Shown: piece after piece, positions 8,658-17,506 of the stretch
Layout: each line of letters begins with the position of its first letter
How positions within the stretch are numbered: position 1 is the stretch's first letter
Virus record (IMG/VR): IMGVR_UViG_3300031910_001335
Coordinates: 1 to 50,989 of that record
Length of the DNA: 50,989 nucleotides
DNA from: a virus
Taxonomy: Duplodnaviria; Caudoviricetes
Strand: one strand, 5' to 3'
Program-made: the position numbers and the translations under genes
The notes under the pieces: generated by a model
What the model was told of the DNA's origin: nothing
Database searches by the model: none
Seen by the model: only the letters and a program-made list of their open reading frames with translations

Positions 8658-9305
8658 CTATCTGGCGTTGAAGGACAGGGCTGGGTGCAGCTCTATCGCG
8701 TTCGGAGCGACGCCCGTCTGGCCGTGCGGGAAGTCGAAGAACCCGACGCCCGAAATCGTGGCAAGCCCGCTGAGGCGCTTCCACCGCGAGGGAGAAGGCG
8801 ACCCTTCCGCCTTGATGAACGCCGTCCGCGCTGCGGTCATCCGCTTGCGGTTGGCGGCTGACGCCCTCAGCGTGCAGCCCGGGTTCGGGAACTCCACGAT
8901 CATCGTGCCGCCCGTCAGCGGGTCGGCTATCACGAGGTGGATGTCCGAGTCCGCCTCGAACTTCGCCTCGACCAGCCGTGCCCTGACGACGTAGCGCGTC
9001 GTCTCGATCGGAGCGAAGCGCGTGGGCCCGATCTTGGACGGCGGCAGCCACACCCTCATCAGCGCCACCTTCGCCGGAACGGAGCGGGACGTGCGCACGC
9101 TCGCGGCTCCCGGGTCCTGCAGCGTCTTGATGTCCCACCTCTCGATGCCGCAGCGGACGCCGTTGACGAGGTGCGACGTCTCGAAGTCACCGCGCTCTCC
9201 GTGCTCAGAGGTCTTGGCACCGCCGGTCAGCGCGAAGTAGGCGAGCAGCGACCCGACCACGACGACGACGAAGAGCAGCGCCATGGCCGGGACGATCAGC
9301 AGCAA
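8658..9305 (-). CDS. secreted/membrane-anchored conserved hypothetical protein
   Basis: N-terminal hydrophobic helix; CGIERWDIKT, EADSDIHLVI, GVGFFDFPHGQTGVAPNAIELHP look like conserved blocks; start uncertain (9305 or 9284). Confidence 0.65.
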   Translation of the reverse strand: MLLIVPAMALLFVVVVVGSLLAYFALTGGAKTSEHGERGDFETSHLVNGVRCGIERWDIKTLQDPGAASVRTSRSVPAKVALMRVWLPPSKIGPTRFAPIETTRYVVRARLVEAKFEADSDIHLVIADPLTGGTMIVEFPNPGCTLRASAANRKRMTAARTAFIKAEGSPSPSRWKRLSGLATISGVGFFDFPHGQTGVAPNAIELHPALSFNAR

Positions 9306-9307
9306 CC

Positions 9308-10132
9308 TCAGCCGTCGAACAGCTTCCCCCTCACCGCTGCGAGCAGCTTCATGTCGTCGGGCGCCTCGCGGTGCTCGAGGTAGTAGTAGCTGAAGCCGTT
9401 GGTGAGCCCGTAGCTCCGAGCCGTCGTGAGGTCGTTGAGCTCCGTCTTCAGGTCGGAGCCCTCGAGGTTCGTCGCCTCGACGGTGGGATGCACGTACGAC
9501 AGCGGCAGGCCGCGGTAGCCCGACTTCGGCGCATTGCTGTCGCGGACGTTCATGCTGTTGGGCCCCTGTTCCTTGAGCCACTTCATCCGAGCTGCCGGCG
9601 CTGTGTTGCCGTCCCTGCCGTAGTACGACGAGTACCACTGCGGGGCGTGCCGCCACCCGAGGTCGTACATCGACTGAGCCGGCGCCAGCGTGCGGCCGTT
9701 GTAGATGTACGAGTCGTTCGGGCCCAGCGACGACAGCAGCAGGTCGGTCGTCGGCAGCTTGGAGCGGATGCGCTTCAGCAGGTCGGGCATCATCGAGCAG
9801 CCGGGCGCTGGGTACTGGTAGGCCAGCTCAGCGTCGAGGATCACGAGCGGGAGCCCGTGCTTCTTCGCCATCGCCGCGATGTCCGACGCGTACTTCTCGT
9901 TGTCGCCGCCCGTGACGTTGAACCACCCCGCCACCTCGAGGTTGCGAGGGCGTGCACGCGACTTCAGCTGCTCCAGGTTCGCGACGTTCCACGGCCCAGC
10001 AGCATCGTCGCCGTAGATCACGGGAGCGAACCACCTCCCGCCAGCCGCGGAGAACGCGTTGAGCTGATCGTCGCCGAGGTTGACGCCCGAGTAGACGAAG
10101 GCGCCGAGCGAGCGGAAGCGGTTGTAGCTCAC
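9308..10132 (-). CDS. putative TIM-barrel glycoside hydrolase (GH25-like, possible lysin)
   Basis: alternating beta/alpha pattern with EVAGWF, VILDAE (DxE) and HAPQWY. Confidence 0.45.
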   Translation of the reverse strand: MSYNRFRSLGAFVYSGVNLGDDQLNAFSAAGGRWFAPVIYGDDAAGPWNVANLEQLKSRARPRNLEVAGWFNVTGGDNEKYASDIAAMAKKHGLPLVILDAELAYQYPAPGCSMMPDLLKRIRSKLPTTDLLLSSLGPNDSYIYNGRTLAPAQSMYDLGWRHAPQWYSSYYGRDGNTAPAARMKWLKEQGPNSMNVRDSNAPKSGYRGLPLSYVHPTVEATNLEGSDLKTELNDLTTARSYGLTNGFSYYYLEHREAPDDMKLLAAVRGKLFDG

Positions 10133-10308
10133 TCGTCCTCCCTCGCCCTGCGGTTGATCGCGTCTCCCTTCGCCAACTGGTCGGCCATCGTGGCCGGATC
10201 ATGCACGTAGCCTCCCTTGTCGCCGCCGTACTTCGGCGCCTTCGCGTCGGGCATCTCGTATGGGATCACGAGCTGTGCTCCCTCGGCGATGATGTCAGAG
10301 CCGCTCAT
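10129..10308 (-). CDS. small hypothetical protein
   Basis: GTGA overlap downstream; start 10308 or 10344. Confidence 0.55.
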   Translation of the reverse strand: MSGSDIIAEGAQLVIPYEMPDAKAPKYGGDKGGYVHDPATMADQLAKGDAINRRAREDE

Positions 10309-13300
10309 GGGCTTTGTCCTTGAACTCTCGCCAGAGTCGCTCATCGTGCACGGTCTCCTCTCCAGTGGTCGAGTCGTAGCTGAAGATCCTCTTCGCGGGT
10401 CGGAACTTGCCCGCCTCGTCGACGCCCTGGTTGTTGTCGTGCACCTCGACGTCGACCGAGAGGCCCTGCTTGTGGATCCGGCTCACCATCTCCGGCACCG
10501 TGGCCGAGACGTCTCGGTGCACTGCCCGGAGGATCAACGACGGGATCATGCGGCGGTCCGCGATGTCCGTGGCGGTCTTGGCCCTGGCAGCTGCCCGCTT
10601 CTCAGCCTCGGCCGTGGGCACTGACACGTACACCGCCTTCGCGCTGTAGCCCTTGTCGAGGAACTGCTGGATGCGGCCGATCATCTCGTCGGGCGACGTG
10701 TTGCCCACGCCGTCGACGATCATGTCGAGCTTCCTCTCGAGAGCCTGCCGCTGCATCTCCTGGCTGATGTCCCACGCCTCGCGGTACACGACCGCGTTGG
10801 CGGTGGGGTCGTCGGCGTAGCGGGCCTGGAACTCCGGCAGCATCGCCTTGATGCGGTCCGGGTCGATCACGAGCGGCTCGCTGCCCTTGAAGTGCTCCGC
10901 CTTCGCCTGCTTCACGACGCCGCCCTTGCCAGCGCTGTAGCCGCCGCCGGAGAACAGCACCCGAGGGCTGGCGCTCGTGTGCAAGCCCTCGAGGAAGTGC
11001 TGGATGATCTCCTGGTGCAGCCGCTGCCTCTCTGCCGAGTACTGCCTCGTGCCGTCTTCCAGCGTCGTCGAGTGCGTCTCGGCCGTGTCGGGTTCCCCAG
11101 CCGCGATGCGAGCGTACTCTCCCAGCGTGTGCTGGTTGACGTGCCCTGCGGCGTTGAACTTCACCTCGGCAGTGTCGAGCGACTTCGTGTCGACGTGCGC
11201 CTCGGGCGTCACCACCCTGAGGTCCTCAGCGGGCTGGAACGACGTGACGGTGAACGAGCCGCGAGCGGCCGGCTTGATGATGGCGTCGAACTCGTCAGTG
11301 CTCGTGGCACCCACCCTCTTCAGCGCGTCGCCGAGGCTCTCGTCGTTGCCCATGATCAGCGGGTGGTCGAAGCCGGCGGCCACCGGCACCGCCGTGCCGT
11401 GGCCCTTCGCGATGCTCGGGTCGGTCGTGAGGAACACGACGCTCTTGCCCTGCATCCCCATGTGCTCGCTCTGGCCGCGGAGGCCAGTGGCCTCGATCGA
11501 CGAGATGTTCGACCGCGGCGTTCCGTGGTAGAGCACCGCTCCGTACGGGTGGCCCTCGAGGAACTTGGCGACGTTGTCCGGGTGCACGATCACGCGGCCG
11601 CGGTCGCTCTTGTTGCCGAGCTTGGCGAGGTCGTCTGCCAGCCTCAGGGCCGCGAGCTCGTGCACCTTCTGGTCGAACTCCCTCGAGCGCTCCTCGTACG
11701 TCTGCTGGCCGGGCGCGTACTCGAGCGGTCCGCCCGACATCAGGTCCGCCCTCGCCAACGCCCTCGAGTCCGCGAGCAGCGCCTTCACCTGCTCAGCAGA
11801 GAGCTCGTGCTGGTGGCCGCCGAAGCCGTTGGCGGCTCCGTCCGGGATGCCGAGCTTGTTGTACAGCGCGTTCGACGCGGTGGTGCTGTCGAACTTCAGG
11901 CCCTGGTCGTTCTCGGCGGCGTGCTTGAGGATCTCGCGGAACACGCTGAAGCCGCCGCCATGGATGCCCCCGACGCTGCCGCCCTTCACGTGAGTCCGCA
12001 TCACCTGGCCGCCGTAGCGCTCGTCGTGCGTGCTGTACGTCCCCACGCCGATGACTCGGCCCTGCCCGTCCCTCGCCACAGCCAAGTGCTCGGCGTAGCC
12101 CTCGTGAGCATTGAACAGCGCGTCGTCGGCGAGCTTCCAGCTCTCCATCGCGTGCTTGACCTTCTCGTCCTGCCACCACATGATCTCGTGAGAGAGCGAG
12201 CTCGGCGACTGCGACGGGTTGCGCTCGACCCTGTGCTCTCCGGTGCCCGGCAGCTCGGGTCCCGTTTGCAGCAGCCTCCCGAGCGGGTCCGCGAGGTAGC
12301 GCTGCACCTTCAGCTGCTCGAGCTCCGCATCGTGCTTGTGCTGGTACGTGACGAGCGGAGTCGCGCCGAGGTACTTCCAGCCGGTGCGCTCGCTGAGGCG
12401 GCCGCCCTTCATCCCGTCGCGATAGTAGAAGTGGGCGCGGTTGCTGTCGCGATCGATCACGGCGATGGCCAGCGCGGGCTTCACGCCGAGCTGCTTCGCG
12501 TGAGCCAGCTTCTCCTCGATCTCGTGCTTCTTCGGCGTGGCCTTGAACTCCGTCGAGTCGGTCGACACAGACTTCACCTCGAAGCCGTAGCCGTCGAAGC
12601 GGATGTCGAGCGGCGACTGCTCTCCCTTGCCGGGCGGGTGCAGCACCTCCGCGTCGGAACCGAGGAAGCGCTTGAACGCCGCCTCTCCCTCGCGGCCGAG
12701 TGCCGTGTTGGTGCCCGCAGCCTTGTCGGAGGAGTAGCCACCGCGGAGACCCTTCCCTCGACGTAAGCCCTTCGGCGGCGGCGGCTTCTGCCACGGCTTC
12801 TCGAGGTCCTTCGGCGTCACCTCTCCCCGCGTCCCCGGCCCGTACCTTCCCTCTCGCTTGGCACGCAGGTAGGCCTGGTACTCAGCCTCCTGCTCCGGCG
12901 AGATGTAGCCGGCGGTCTTCTTCGGCTTCGCGTGCTGCATCTCCTCGGCGCTGAGCTTGTGCTGCGTGCCGGCAGCGTAGACGGAGAGCGGGCGCATGCC
13001 CAGCTGCTCGAGGTAACGGTCCATCTCCGCGAGCCGTTCCTCGTACGGGCCCACGTTCGAGTGGATGCCCTGCAGGTGAGCCATCGCCGCGTCGCTCGCG
13101 TCAGCGTGCGAGAGCTTGTACTTCTTCTCGAGGCCCTCGACCGCGGGAGCGAGGAACATCTTGTGCATCTCGCGCACCTGAGCCTGGTACGAGTCCGAGT
13201 TCGGGCTGTGCAGCACGTCCTCGATGTGGTAGCCGCCGTCAGCGTGGTGCTGCCCCAGCAGCTTCGCCGTCGTCCACCTCGCGAGCGACTCGGTCATCGC

Positions 13301-14644
13301 CTCCTCGAGCATCCCCTGCTCGTTGCCGCGGTCGTACTCCGGCTTCACGTCCTCGATGCGAGCGCTCGGGCCCATCGCGAGGTGGTGGGACTCGTGCACC
13401 ACCGTGTGCAGCGCCCTGCGATGCGACTCGTCCCAGCGCCTGAACGCCGTCGAGTGCAGCGTGGCGAGGTCCTCGCCGACGTAGTCCTGGTGCAGGCCGA
13501 TCACGCCCGCCCAGTACGCGACGCCCCTCGCCTTCATCTTCAGGTCCTTGACCCTCACCTCGCCGATGAACGCGCTGCGGTGGCTGGGCACGCCGGCGTC
13601 AGCGACCACCGTGTGAACGAAGTCGACCCAGTCCTCGCCCTCGGCACCCTTCCCGTCGGCCAGCATCGAGCGTAGAGCCTCGCGAGACTGGGCGTAGTCG
13701 CTCGTCCTCGGCAGCTGGTTCGCCCTGGCCGGAAGCTGCCTCGACCGCTGCTGGAAGCCGTCATGCGCCTGCATCTCGTCGTAGCGAGCAGCGTCCATGT
13801 GGTCGAGGAAGCGAGCGGCGATCCGTCTGTCCTCCTCGTCCTGCGCAGCCTTCGCAGCGTCCCTCGTCTTCTTCTGCTCCCTGGCACGCTCGTGGTCTGC
13901 CTTGATGTAGTCCGCGTCCTTGTAGATGTGGCCGCGGCGCATCAGCTCGTTGCGCACGTCCGGGTGCAGCTTCGCGATCACGCGGTCGTCGAGCGAGCCC
14001 TTCTTCTCGGTCCACCCGGAGGCCTTGAGCCGGTTGATCAGCTCGGCTGCCTGCTCAGCGTTCAGCCCGGGCAGCGTCTGGTCGAGCCACGCCTGGGTGA
14101 TCCGCTTCGGGAACGCGTCAGCCGCAAGGGTGTCCGGAGGCGGCTCAGTGTTGCCGTCGTGCCCGTACAGCGACGTGAGGGCGGACACAGCGTCGTGCAC
14201 CTCTGCGTCCTTCTCGGTGGCGCTCTTCGCCTCAGCGCCGAGGTCCCGGCCAGCGGGAGCAGGCGTGACTCCACTCCCGCGGCCGGGAGCTCCGCTGGTG
14301 GGTCGCTGCGGAGCCTTGCCGACGTCGCCGAGCCGCTGTGCGACAGTGAAGTCGTCGACCTTCGCGCCCTCCTTGAACATCAGCACGCGGATGTTGCCCT
14401 GGCCCACGTTGCCCACGGCCATCGCGTCGGGCTTCGTCAGCTGCCGACGCTTCTCGATGAACTGCTTCGTGTTGCCGTCGGTGCCCGCCATGTCCTTGAG
14501 GCCCTGCAGCAGCTTCACTCCGGGAGGAGCGTTAGCGAACTTCCCGCTCTTCGGGTCATGCCACGGGTTCCCTGAGACGGTCGGGTGGTACACGCCAGCG
14601 AGCAGCAGCATGTCACCGCGCTCGGTGGCGATCAAGTCCAGCAC
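10295..14644 (-). CDS. large polyvalent head-associated protein (zincin peptidase, PD-(D/E)xK nuclease, GNAT-like, ART/KptA-like, zeta-toxin-like kinase)
   Basis: NPWHDPKSGKF N-terminal motif; VHESHH..EEAMTE; PLDIRFDGYGFEVKS; VLYHGT..IEATGL..VFLTTD; GGGYSAGKG..IDPDRIK..IVDG. Confidence 0.75.
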   Translation of the reverse strand: MLDLIATERGDMLLLAGVYHPTVSGNPWHDPKSGKFANAPPGVKLLQGLKDMAGTDGNTKQFIEKRRQLTKPDAMAVGNVGQGNIRVLMFKEGAKVDDFTVAQRLGDVGKAPQRPTSGAPGRGSGVTPAPAGRDLGAEAKSATEKDAEVHDAVSALTSLYGHDGNTEPPPDTLAADAFPKRITQAWLDQTLPGLNAEQAAELINRLKASGWTEKKGSLDDRVIAKLHPDVRNELMRRGHIYKDADYIKADHERAREQKKTRDAAKAAQDEEDRRIAARFLDHMDAARYDEMQAHDGFQQRSRQLPARANQLPRTSDYAQSREALRSMLADGKGAEGEDWVDFVHTVVADAGVPSHRSAFIGEVRVKDLKMKARGVAYWAGVIGLHQDYVGEDLATLHSTAFRRWDESHRRALHTVVHESHHLAMGPSARIEDVKPEYDRGNEQGMLEEAMTESLARWTTAKLLGQHHADGGYHIEDVLHSPNSDSYQAQVREMHKMFLAPAVEGLEKKYKLSHADASDAAMAHLQGIHSNVGPYEERLAEMDRYLEQLGMRPLSVYAAGTQHKLSAEEMQHAKPKKTAGYISPEQEAEYQAYLRAKREGRYGPGTRGEVTPKDLEKPWQKPPPPKGLRRGKGLRGGYSSDKAAGTNTALGREGEAAFKRFLGSDAEVLHPPGKGEQSPLDIRFDGYGFEVKSVSTDSTEFKATPKKHEIEEKLAHAKQLGVKPALAIAVIDRDSNRAHFYYRDGMKGGRLSERTGWKYLGATPLVTYQHKHDAELEQLKVQRYLADPLGRLLQTGPELPGTGEHRVERNPSQSPSSLSHEIMWWQDEKVKHAMESWKLADDALFNAHEGYAEHLAVARDGQGRVIGVGTYSTHDERYGGQVMRTHVKGGSVGGIHGGGFSVFREILKHAAENDQGLKFDSTTASNALYNKLGIPDGAANGFGGHQHELSAEQVKALLADSRALARADLMSGGPLEYAPGQQTYEERSREFDQKVHELAALRLADDLAKLGNKSDRGRVIVHPDNVAKFLEGHPYGAVLYHGTPRSNISSIEATGLRGQSEHMGMQGKSVVFLTTDPSIAKGHGTAVPVAAGFDHPLIMGNDESLGDALKRVGATSTDEFDAIIKPAARGSFTVTSFQPAEDLRVVTPEAHVDTKSLDTAEVKFNAAGHVNQHTLGEYARIAAGEPDTAETHSTTLEDGTRQYSAERQRLHQEIIQHFLEGLHTSASPRVLFSGGGYSAGKGGVVKQAKAEHFKGSEPLVIDPDRIKAMLPEFQARYADDPTANAVVYREAWDISQEMQRQALERKLDMIVDGVGNTSPDEMIGRIQQFLDKGYSAKAVYVSVPTAEAEKRAAARAKTATDIADRRMIPSLILRAVHRDVSATVPEMVSRIHKQGLSVDVEVHDNNQGVDEAGKFRPAKRIFSYDSTTGEETVHDERLWREFKDKAHERL

Positions 14645-14651
14645 GTGGCCT

Positions 14652-15008
14652 CTACCAGTTGGCGGGGAGCATGTCGGTGCGGCCGAGCTTGCGCGCCATC
14701 TTCTTGATGTGCGCCTTCGTCGCAGCCTTGTTTCCCGCACGACCGAACGCCTTGATCGCGTTCTTCAGGTCTCCGGCGCTGGCGATCGGGAAGCCGCCGT
14801 GAGGCATGGCAGCGCCCTTGGCCGCGAGCCTCTTCCTCTCGGCCACGCCCACGTCGCGGAGGCCGAGCTCGTGCGTCTCGAACTCCTGCAGCGTGAGCCG
14901 GCTGCCCGAGCCCGGGTCGTACGCGTGAAGCTCGTGCCGCTCGATCAGCCGCCGCGAGTGCGTGGAGACCTGAGGCCTCCGTTCACGCACGAGGTCGTAG
15001 TTCTTCAC
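14652..15008 (-). CDS. head-module protein (DUF6582-like)
   Basis: ERKRLAAKGAAMPHGGFPIASAGDLKNAIKAFGRA..HIKKMARKLG motif commonly seen near phage head genes; GTGA overlap. Confidence 0.65.
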   Translation of the reverse strand: MKNYDLVRERRPQVSTHSRRLIERHELHAYDPGSGSRLTLQEFETHELGLRDVGVAERKRLAAKGAAMPHGGFPIASAGDLKNAIKAFGRAGNKAATKAHIKKMARKLGRTDMLPANW

Positions 15009-17506
15009 TGCGTCTCCTTTCCCGCCTCTCCCGTCCTCGACAAGACGTCGCCGACGAGGAGCATCTGGTCGCGCACCTCGTCGGGCCCCAGCCCCTCGGC
15101 GAGGAACAGGGTCTCGCTGCTGGAATCGTACCAAGCGACGCCGCCCTCGAGCGGGAGGTCAGTCTGTGGAACGACCTCGACGCTGAAGTTGGCGGCCATG
15201 ATCGGCCGCCACCCGAGGGTGCCGTTCGGGTGCTCGTCGACGAGCAGAGCGTCGTCGATGGAGAACACCTTGCCGTTTCGAGCCACGCACTCCGGGTCCG
15301 TCCGGCCAGTGATCCCGCCGGCTCCGTCGAACGCCTGCACCTGGGCGACGCCCGCCTCTCTGTAGCCCAATAGCGTGGCCTGGTTGTAAGCGTCTCGCAC
15401 CTCCGTCCGCGCCAAGCGCTCCGCCTTCCAACCAGGCCACTGCGCGAAGTGCTGACGGACGTCGGCGGCGATGTCCGAGGGCGACTTCACGTCCTTCATC
15501 TTGTCGGCGAGGAACGTGCGCAGCTCCTTCTTCACGGTCTGGGTGACCGAGCGGACGAGCATGGACCCTCGCTTCTTCATCCACGCCTGGACGTCCGGCC
15601 GGTCGATCGTCCACTCGCTGCCGGCGGAGAGGCCGAACTGCCTCAGCCCCCTCGCCGAGGCGAGGTCGGCGACGCGGCGGATGATGGCCCGAGTCCTGTC
15701 CATCGGAAGCTCGGGTCCGCTCCACCCGTCGAGGATCCGCTTGAGGACCGAGTCGTCCTCGGCGAGACCCAGCTCGTCCGCCGACAGCCCGTCGAGGTAC
15801 CTCGCGAAGCTCTCGTACGAGTCGGCGTACGCGGTCGCCCACAGCACCTTCAGCTCGGTGGCCAGCTCTCGGATCTGCGGGTCGGCGAACTGAGCGGTTG
15901 GCGGCCATCTGTCCTCCGCGAGGTGGATCACCTCACGCCACGGCGTCTCCTCGTACTTCCCTTCAGCGTTGACAGACGCCGGCGGCGGGGTGTTGGCGCC
16001 GTTCATCCCCGGCTGCCCTTCGTTGTTCGTCTGCGGGGGCAACGTCTCGGCCGCGACCTTCGAAGCCTGCTGCATCTCGGCGTTGATCTCGTCGATGCTC
16101 TTCAGCGGGATGCCCAGCTGGTCGAGGACTTCGCGGATGTCGACCGGCAGCCCGCTCGGGTCCGACTGCCCGATCAGCTGCACGATCTGCTTCATCGCGT
16201 CGAAGTCGCGGCTGTCGAAGCCCTTCGAGGAGATGCGGCACGGGATCCCCGGCCCCCAGTTCTGCTGAACGAGCTGCGGGATCACGTACGTGTTGAGGTG
16301 GAAGTCGATCTCCTCCTTCTTCACGGCCAGCGACTGGAAGAACGTCTCACCGAAGGTGGCAGCCACGTTCCTCGACGAGGTGCCGCCGCGGCCCTCCATC
16401 AGGGCCTGCTCCGGGACGAGGACCGACCTCACCTTCTGCGTGTCGAGGTACTCGAACGCCTGGTTCAGCGCGCTGAAGTCCGACTTCCCTTCGACCTGGT
16501 GCACCTCCCACTCGCGCATCGACGCGATCGCGCTGCCGTCCATCGCCTCCTTCACGGTGTTCGGCATCGCCACCGTGGCGCCGGAGCGGATGTCCTCGCC
16601 GATCTGCAGAGCCTTCGCCTGGTACGCGGTCTCCTGGCCCGTGACGTCGTCGATCACGTCCGTCGGGTGGTACACCTCGACCGCCGGGTCGGCGAAGCGC
16701 TCGAACGCCCTGTCGGCCAGGGCGAAGCGGTACCAGTAGCTCCACCAGTAGCGGTACGCGTAGCCGATGCGAGGGTAGCCCCAGATGCTGTTGAACTCGG
16801 CGTCTCGCTCGTTCGTCGTCCACAGGGCGAAGCCGATCGGGATGTCGGGCGGCTTGTCGTTGTTGGTCCTGCCCAAGCTGCTGAAGCCCGTCTCGCCCAC
16901 GGCCGGCATGATGTCGATGCCGGCGAACGAGCCGCTCGGGCTCCACCGCGGCGTCACCCTCTGCGGGTGCAGCGGCACGAAGTTGCGCCACACGACGGGC
17001 TGCACCTCGCTGTCGGGCCAAGCCGGCACCTCCTTCTTCGACTGCCCGCTGAGCTTCACGTAGGTGGCGTCGATGTGCCCGTACGCGAAGCGCTTCACCA
17101 TCGGCGAGTAGCCGAAGTCGAAGTCGTTGCAGTGGGCGAGGATGTAGCGGCCGTAGATCTTGCGCAGCAGCTCGTCGACCGCAGCGGCCACGTCGGGCCT
17201 CGCGCACTCGATGAGGAACGGAGCGCGAACGAGCGGCACCTTGCAGTACGACAGGGCGAAGGCGATCATCGGGTCGCGGCGCATCTGCATCAGCTTCGAC
17301 AGCGGGATCCGCGTGGAGTCGAAGGGCTGACCGAGCACCTTCGCGACGTTGCCCCAGCCCACCCATCTGCTCGAGGCCGAGCGGACGGACGGAGAGCGGT
17401 CCTGCACCAGCCTCAGGGAGTTCACGATGTCCGGGTTCGGGCCGGCTGCCACCTTCCCGTTCGTCGTCGAAGCGAGGTGGAGCTCGTCGTTCTCGATGTT
17501 GCTCAC
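15005..17506 (-). CDS. portal protein (DUF935/Mu gp29-like) fused to a MuF/SPP1 gp7 minor head domain
   Basis: directly after TerL; MRRDPMI, FGYSPMVK and WGYPRIGYAYRYWW portal-like blocks; C-terminal AERLARTEVRDAYN..DPECVARNGKVF..EHPNG is MuF-like. Confidence 0.85.
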   Translation of the reverse strand: MSNIENDELHLASTTNGKVAAGPNPDIVNSLRLVQDRSPSVRSASSRWVGWGNVAKVLGQPFDSTRIPLSKLMQMRRDPMIAFALSYCKVPLVRAPFLIECARPDVAAAVDELLRKIYGRYILAHCNDFDFGYSPMVKRFAYGHIDATYVKLSGQSKKEVPAWPDSEVQPVVWRNFVPLHPQRVTPRWSPSGSFAGIDIMPAVGETGFSSLGRTNNDKPPDIPIGFALWTTNERDAEFNSIWGYPRIGYAYRYWWSYWYRFALADRAFERFADPAVEVYHPTDVIDDVTGQETAYQAKALQIGEDIRSGATVAMPNTVKEAMDGSAIASMREWEVHQVEGKSDFSALNQAFEYLDTQKVRSVLVPEQALMEGRGGTSSRNVAATFGETFFQSLAVKKEEIDFHLNTYVIPQLVQQNWGPGIPCRISSKGFDSRDFDAMKQIVQLIGQSDPSGLPVDIREVLDQLGIPLKSIDEINAEMQQASKVAAETLPPQTNNEGQPGMNGANTPPPASVNAEGKYEETPWREVIHLAEDRWPPTAQFADPQIRELATELKVLWATAYADSYESFARYLDGLSADELGLAEDDSVLKRILDGWSGPELPMDRTRAIIRRVADLASARGLRQFGLSAGSEWTIDRPDVQAWMKKRGSMLVRSVTQTVKKELRTFLADKMKDVKSPSDIAADVRQHFAQWPGWKAERLARTEVRDAYNQATLLGYREAGVAQVQAFDGAGGITGRTDPECVARNGKVFSIDDALLVDEHPNGTLGWRPIMAANFSVEVVPQTDLPLEGGVAWYDSSSETLFLAEGLGPDEVRDQMLLVGDVLSRTGEAGKETQ

